DNA of 63,775 nt, counting the filler, from Olpidium bornovanus S191 (taxonomy: Eukaryota; Fungi; Olpidiomycota), in the NCBI GenBank assembly GCA_017911155.1. It is 28 parts of 28 records of this genome, joined end to end, with 100 filler letters (N's around TTAATTAATTAA, not from the genome) between each part and the next. Parts side by side here need not be neighbours in the genome. Positions count along the whole stretch, not along the records: positions 58,984 to 60,425 come from JAEFCI010010030.1; positions 60,526 to 61,814 come from JAEFCI010005262.1; positions 61,915 to 63,775 come from JAEFCI010001483.1; 25 more parts are not named here. One strand, given 5' to 3'. The notes under the pieces are model-generated. The model did no database searches and was not told the DNA's origin. It was given only the letters and a program-made list of their open reading frames with translations. Both the position numbers and the translations under genes were made by a program. Position 1 is the first letter of the stretch, and each line of letters starts with the position of its first letter. Positions 58,984-63,775 of the stretch are shown here, piece after piece.

Positions 58984-59500
58984 CATGATTCATACCACGT
59001 AAACTGCATTGGGATTTGCTGAGTCTCGAAAGAAAATTTCTCCTCCAAATATGTCAGTTGCGCGTAGTATCTTTGTGCAGATTTACCAATTAGACCATTT
59101 AGTGCTGACCAAAACGCTGGAGAAAACAACCGCTTACGAGATAAGCTTGTCGGCGCCTTGCTCAGTCCGCTCAGGAGCACCCGCATGTATGCGAAGTTGG
59201 TTCAGCGCCTGCCATTGCGCATCATTCGGCACTGACACGAGTTGAGCAGGATCCACGAGACCGCTCTGCGTTGAAGCTTCATAGTCGTCCGAAGAATCAG
59301 CTGATGTCTTGTCGTCGTGCACAGCTTTGCCACCCGCCCGGTCCACTTTCAGGTGTCGATCAGATCTGAGGACTTTGCCGGCGGCCTGAAGCAGCAGCGG
59401 CATCAACATTCTTTTGAAGTCAACGTGGGTCGCGACGTTGGCGTCGGAGGCGTTGGATTCCAGACCCTTGATGTCGCGCCCCTTATGCTCATTGACATTT
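58984..59500 (-). CDS. BRO1-domain protein (ALIX/PalA/Rim20/Bro1 family), N-terminal part
   Basis: Splicing out intron 59071-59137 gives QWQALNQLRIHAGAPERTEQGADKLISYYAQLTYLEEKFSFETQQIPMQFTWYES, matching the BRO1 motifs YYxQL and KFPxxxxQIxxxFTW. Confidence 0.85.
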
Positions 59501-60772
59501 GTGTGCGGCGAATTGCGCTTTGAGTACAGCGCGAGGAAAGAAGACCCTTCCCCGCTCGAAGAAAAAACCGCATCCCGGCTCGGCTGCTGAAAAGCCAGGA
59601 GCTTTGAAAGAGCCTGCATTTTCGACGGGAAAACAGACGGAGGGGGAGGCTTGTCGGCGCTGTTTTGAATTTTGCCTGGATGACGACCAAGGGTGCTTGT
59701 TTGAACCGTGGCCAAGAGATGCAGCAGCTATTTGCCACGCCAGGCTGCGTTTTGCGTACGCCGGGTGATCGGTTTAACTGGCCCTGCGGCCGTGAAGCGG
59801 TGGACGAATTTGACAAAAGGTGACCTGAATGGGCACGGATCGGGCTACACTTAGAGCCTGGCAGCCGATCACGCAACGTTGCAGCGAGGTACAAGAAAGG
59901 AAGAAAACAAAAACCTTCCCCGCCCTGAGCTGAGTTCTTACCAATACGTGATCAATGGCCGAATGCGGAAACGGGTGAGTCTGACGGGAAGCGATTTCGT
60001 TTTTTCTCGGCCACGACGCGTGGCCGAGATGTGGTGCAATTCGTTATGACCCAACGCGTTTCTGAGAGTGGTTGCTTTTGTACGAGTGTCACGGAGGGGG
60101 AGGGGAAAGGGGGAAAAGCCAGTAACGAAAGGCCCCCCCCCCTCCCCCCCTCCTTCCCTCGGCCTCTTTTTCGTCCGCTGCGCAAAACGAGACAATGCAA
60201 GAAAGATTTTTTTGTTTTGGAACCCGTTCGAAAGCTGAGCCGAAACAGTGGAAGATTGGGCATCCGTTCACGAATGGTTCCAGGCGACGCTGTCACTGCA
60301 TACACATGACGACGCCACTTTCCCTCACGGGCTGCCAGCGACCCCTTCTAGATGGAAGAGTCTGTCCGATCCACCAATTTTCCACGGCCGGTGAATCTCC
60401 CTGGAGGCAAACTGACCATAAAACANNNNNNNNNNNNNNNNNNNNNNNNNNNNNNNNNNNNNNNNNNNNTTAATTAATTAANNNNNNNNNNNNNNNNNNN
60501 NNNNNNNNNNNNNNNNNNNNNNNNNGAAAAACAAAAAACCTGCGGCGCGGGTGTGGGACAATGGGAGCGGCGACGTGGAAAATCCTGGAACCTCGGCGTC
60601 CGGACAGGGGTTTGGGTAACGCCGTGGTGGGGAGTGGGGGGAGAAAAAAGGGGGGGGGGGGGGGGGGGGGGGGGTGGGAAAGAGAAGATTTCCATATATT
60701 TTCCGCCAGGCCTCCCGATGGACGGGACGAAACAAAAACACGTTGCGCACACGCTGTTTCGCGCGTCCGCAG

Positions 60773-61541
60773 GTTTCAGGCGCTCCTCATCGTGCTCAAC
60801 ACCGCCCTCCTTTTCGTGGGGTTCACCGACACGTTCCCGTTCAGGGCCGGGCTGGTCGGCCTCGTCGCTCGCGAGTTCTCGTGCGCCGTGGCCGGCGTCG
60901 CCGCCTACTTCGTCGCGTTCGTCGCCGTCCGCGCCGCGGGGCTGGTCGGTTTGGTGTTCCCCCCCGCCCGCTCTCCTCCCGTTGGGGGTTTTTTTTTTTC
61001 TCTCCCTCCTTCCCCACGCCCACGCGCCCCCTCGCCTCTTTCGGAAATAAAAAAAAAAAAAAAAAAAAAAAACAGGCGAAAATTTTCTCCTGCGAGTCCG
61101 CGGCGGAGTGCGACCTGTGGACGCCTGGATACCGCTTCCTGTACGCCGCGTTCCGCCTGTGTAAGAGCTGCCGAAAGCACAAAAAGAGAATAAAATGAAA
61201 TAAGAAACAAAGAAATACTTAAAGGAAACGAAAACGTCGGAAACCCCCCCTTCGTCCTCCCTTCCTTCGCCCTCCCGCTCTCTTTCTTTTGTTGCAGGCT
61301 GTTTTTGTTTATTTACTTTTTCGAACGGGCGGGTGGGCGGTGGTGGCCCAAACGTCTCTCTCTCTCTCTCTCTCTCACGCTCTCTCTCTGTCTCTCACGC
61401 TCTCTTTCTCTTTCTCTTTCTCTCTATCTCGCAGCCGCGATCGGATACTACGTCAGCTTCAAGCGCTCGGCCGTCCAGCTGTGCGAACCCAAGTACCACA
61501 AGGACAGCAGCTGGTTGAGAGCAAAGCTGCGCCGGCGTTGA
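60773..61541 (+). CDS. TMEM138: Ciliary transmembrane protein 138, last three exons
   Basis: Exons 60773-60944, 61076-61160 and 61435-61541: FQALLIVLN...FTDTFPFRAGLVGLVAREF...YF; LWTPGYRFLYAAFRL; SAIGYYVSFKRSAVQLCEPKYHKDSSWLRAKLRRR*. These parallel the human TMEM138 motifs TFVFQAGL, IWTDG and [20 protein letters not shown] as I recall them. Confidence 0.9.
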
Positions 61542-61759
61542 AAGAGAGGTTAGCCACCACCTTGCCCGCGCGGAGACTGGGCCGAAGAAACAATAGGTGC
61601 TTTTTTTGATTTCCGCGAAAGCAAAAAATAAACCGCGCCCAGGGTTCACCCCACCCGATTCCTACCTTCCCCCCACCCCCTCCACGCAGGGCCCCTGCGC
61701 TCCCTCGGGCTAAATTCCCGCACCCCTGCGCGCACCACCCGCCTTCCCCTCTTCCCCCT

Positions 61760-61814
<55 letters not shown>

Positions 61815-61914
61815 NNNNNNNNNNNNNNNNNNNNNNNNNNNNNNNNNNNNNNNNNNNNTTAATTAATTAANNNNNNNNNNNNNNNNNNNNNNNNNNNNNN
61901 NNNNNNNNNNNNNN

Positions 61915-63775
61915 CCGTTTGCTGACGTGGCACGACAGCGTCGTCCCGACGGCACGGTCGGTATTCACAATTTCACATTCTATTTTGACCTTCTGGCCGC
62001 CTTGCAGCGCGGGCTCTGACTCCGCTATGAGCATGTTGTCAAGCCGGATGTGCAGCATGTGATTCTGCTTCTTGACGTTGTATGTCGCCGCTCCGGGACG
62101 GAGCGTAAACGCTGGAGTGAGGATGGCAGTCAGGTCGATGCTAGCGGTCTTGACATTCCTGACATTATCGTCGACTTTGAGAAAGTCGGAGCGGCCAACC
62201 ATCTCTTCGATTTTCCGGAAGCCAAGCTTGGCCATGATTTCCCGGAGTTCCTGGGCTACGTAATAAAAAAAGTTGATCACGTGCTCTGGTGTACCTTCAA
62301 ACTTCTTCCGAAGTTCGTCGTCCTGGGTAGCAATACCGACGGGGCACGTGTTGAGGTGGCACTGTTTGAAAAGCACATTGATTTTTTAAGTTTTCTGATA
62401 TGCATGCATTTACCGGAACCGCCCAAAAGAATCTGAACGCGGACGGTTTACCTTCCGCATCATAATGCACCCCAGTGTAATCAGCGGGGTAGTGGCAAAT
62501 CCCCACTCCTCGGCACCGAGGAGGCACGCGATAGCGACGTCGCGTCCAGTCTTGATCTGACCATCAGTCTGGACGACGACGCGTCCACGAAGGTCATTCA
62601 AGACGAGGGTCTGGTGTGTTTCGGCAAGACCCAGCTCCCAGGGAAGGCCGGCATACTTGATGCCCGTCCAGCGAGATGCGCCGGTGCCGCCGTCGTGGCC
62701 AGAGATAAGGATGTGGTCTGCACGGGCCTTGGCTACACCGGCGGCAATGACGCCTACACCGACTTCAGATACGAGCTTGACGGACACGCGGGCTCGCGGG
62801 TTGCTACACTTGAGGTCGTATATGAGCTGCTTGAGGTCTTCGATTGAGTAGATATCATGATGAGGCGGAGGAGAGATGAGGCCGACACCAGGAGTGGACT
62901 TGCGCGTCCTCGCAATCGACTCAGAGACCTTGTGGCCCGGCAGCTCGCCACCTTCACCGGGCTTGGCTCCTTGGGCCATCTTTATCTGGAGCTCGTCTGA
63001 ATCTGCAAGGTAACTGCTCGTGACGCCGAACCTGCCGGAAGCCACTTGCTTGATTGCGGACCGGAGTGTGTCTCCGTTCTCGCGCACCTTGGACCGTTCG
63101 GAATCCTCGCCTCCTTCGCCGGTGTTGGACTTGCCACCCAGCCTGTTCATTGCGATCGCCAGCGTCGAATGCGCCTCCATGGAAATTGACCCGTACGACA
63201 TAGCCCCGGTGCAAAACCGTTTCACAATTTCAGTCCACGGATCGACCTGATTTGCATGCAAGTGAAGTCGAGACGAATCAGTTTCTAGTTCGCAACGGGG
63301 CCGTTGGCAGGCCTGTTGGCTAGCTCATCAGATAAAACCCGCTTAGCGCATGAACACTTAGAGGCGGACCTCATCAATGGGCACCGGGTGAGCCTTCGAG
63401 TAATCAAATTCGAGCATGCCGCGCAGCGTGCAGGAGCGGATCTGATCCCGCGCGTTCTGCGAGTACGCCACATACGCGTCGTCATTCTTCCTCCGGACCG
63501 CGTCCTGCACGTTGGCCATCCCAACGGCATCATTGACATGCGCCTCCCCTCCGCACCGCCAATGATATTCGCCCGTCTCCGGTAAGCCCGGTGGTAGCAC
63601 GACGTCGCGAGCAGGGTACCCTAATTCATGTTGAGCGACGGCGTCGACGGCGAGCATGTCAAAGTTGACTCCCTTGATCCTGGAAGCTGTCCCGGCAAAG
63701 CAACGAGTGATCACGGAGGTGTCGAGCCCGAGAGCTTCGAAGATCTGAGCACCCTTGTAGGACTGCAGGGTCGAG
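61915..63775 (-). CDS. GLT1: Glutamate synthase (NADH), internal FMN-binding region, 3 exons visible
   Basis: [90 protein letters not shown]. Introns at 63247-63369 and 62362-62451. Confidence 0.98.

Larger units (their letters stand above)
3809..61914. other. 27 artificial contig-joining linkers (N-run, TTAATTAATTAA, N-run)
   Basis: Identical N-flanked 12-mer with stops in all six frames, e.g. gaps starting at 3809, 7520, 9100, 10749, ... 61815. Genes are truncated at the linkers. Confidence 0.98.

Noticed and set aside
9596-59500. Apparent cluster of endolysosomal genes (SNX4, tetraspanin, Rab5, TBC1D24-like, BRO1)
   Set aside because: Each gene is on a different contig joined by artificial linkers, so there is no evidence of physical linkage.
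3809-61914. Repeated TTAATTAATTAA as a biological repeat or PacI-site array
   Set aside because: It is always flanked by N-runs and identical each time; it is an artificial six-frame-stop linker.

Overview
This window is eukaryotic and is not one contiguous locus. It is 28 short contigs (about 1-6 kb) joined by 27 artificial N-TTAATTAATTAA-N six-frame-stop linkers, so adjacency across linkers has no biological meaning. The DNA is GC-rich and intron-rich with very long homopolymer tracts. Chitin deacetylase plus two cilium-associated genes (ATAT1, TMEM138) point to a zoosporic fungus; an Olpidium/chytrid-like source is my inference, not established. Recognisable host genes, mostly partial: THOC7, SNX4/ATG24, TIM17 (complete), a tetraspanin, a Rab5/Ypt5-type GTPase (complete), a CE4 chitin deacetylase, GTPBP1/2, a multi-KH RNA-binding protein, ATAT1, BUD22, RPA1, a TBC+TLDc protein, a BRO1-domain protein, TMEM138 and GLT1. 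Mobile DNA includes several decayed Ty1/copia pieces, two related Gag genes with a Ty3/gypsy-type capsid (one fused to a copia-type protease-integrase), and a Pif1-helicase plus Ulp1-protease relic carrying two tandem tRNA-like units. Library artefacts are visible: a loxP site fused to Illumina primer sequence, and many contig ends at CATG (NlaIII). Best leads are the gypsy-Gag/copia-Pol chimera, the tRNA-like units in the Pif1/Ulp1 relic, a recurrent RTCACGTGAY promoter motif, a plant-Bianca-like copia RT, and a GC-AG intron. I found no complete, clearly novel multi-gene system.
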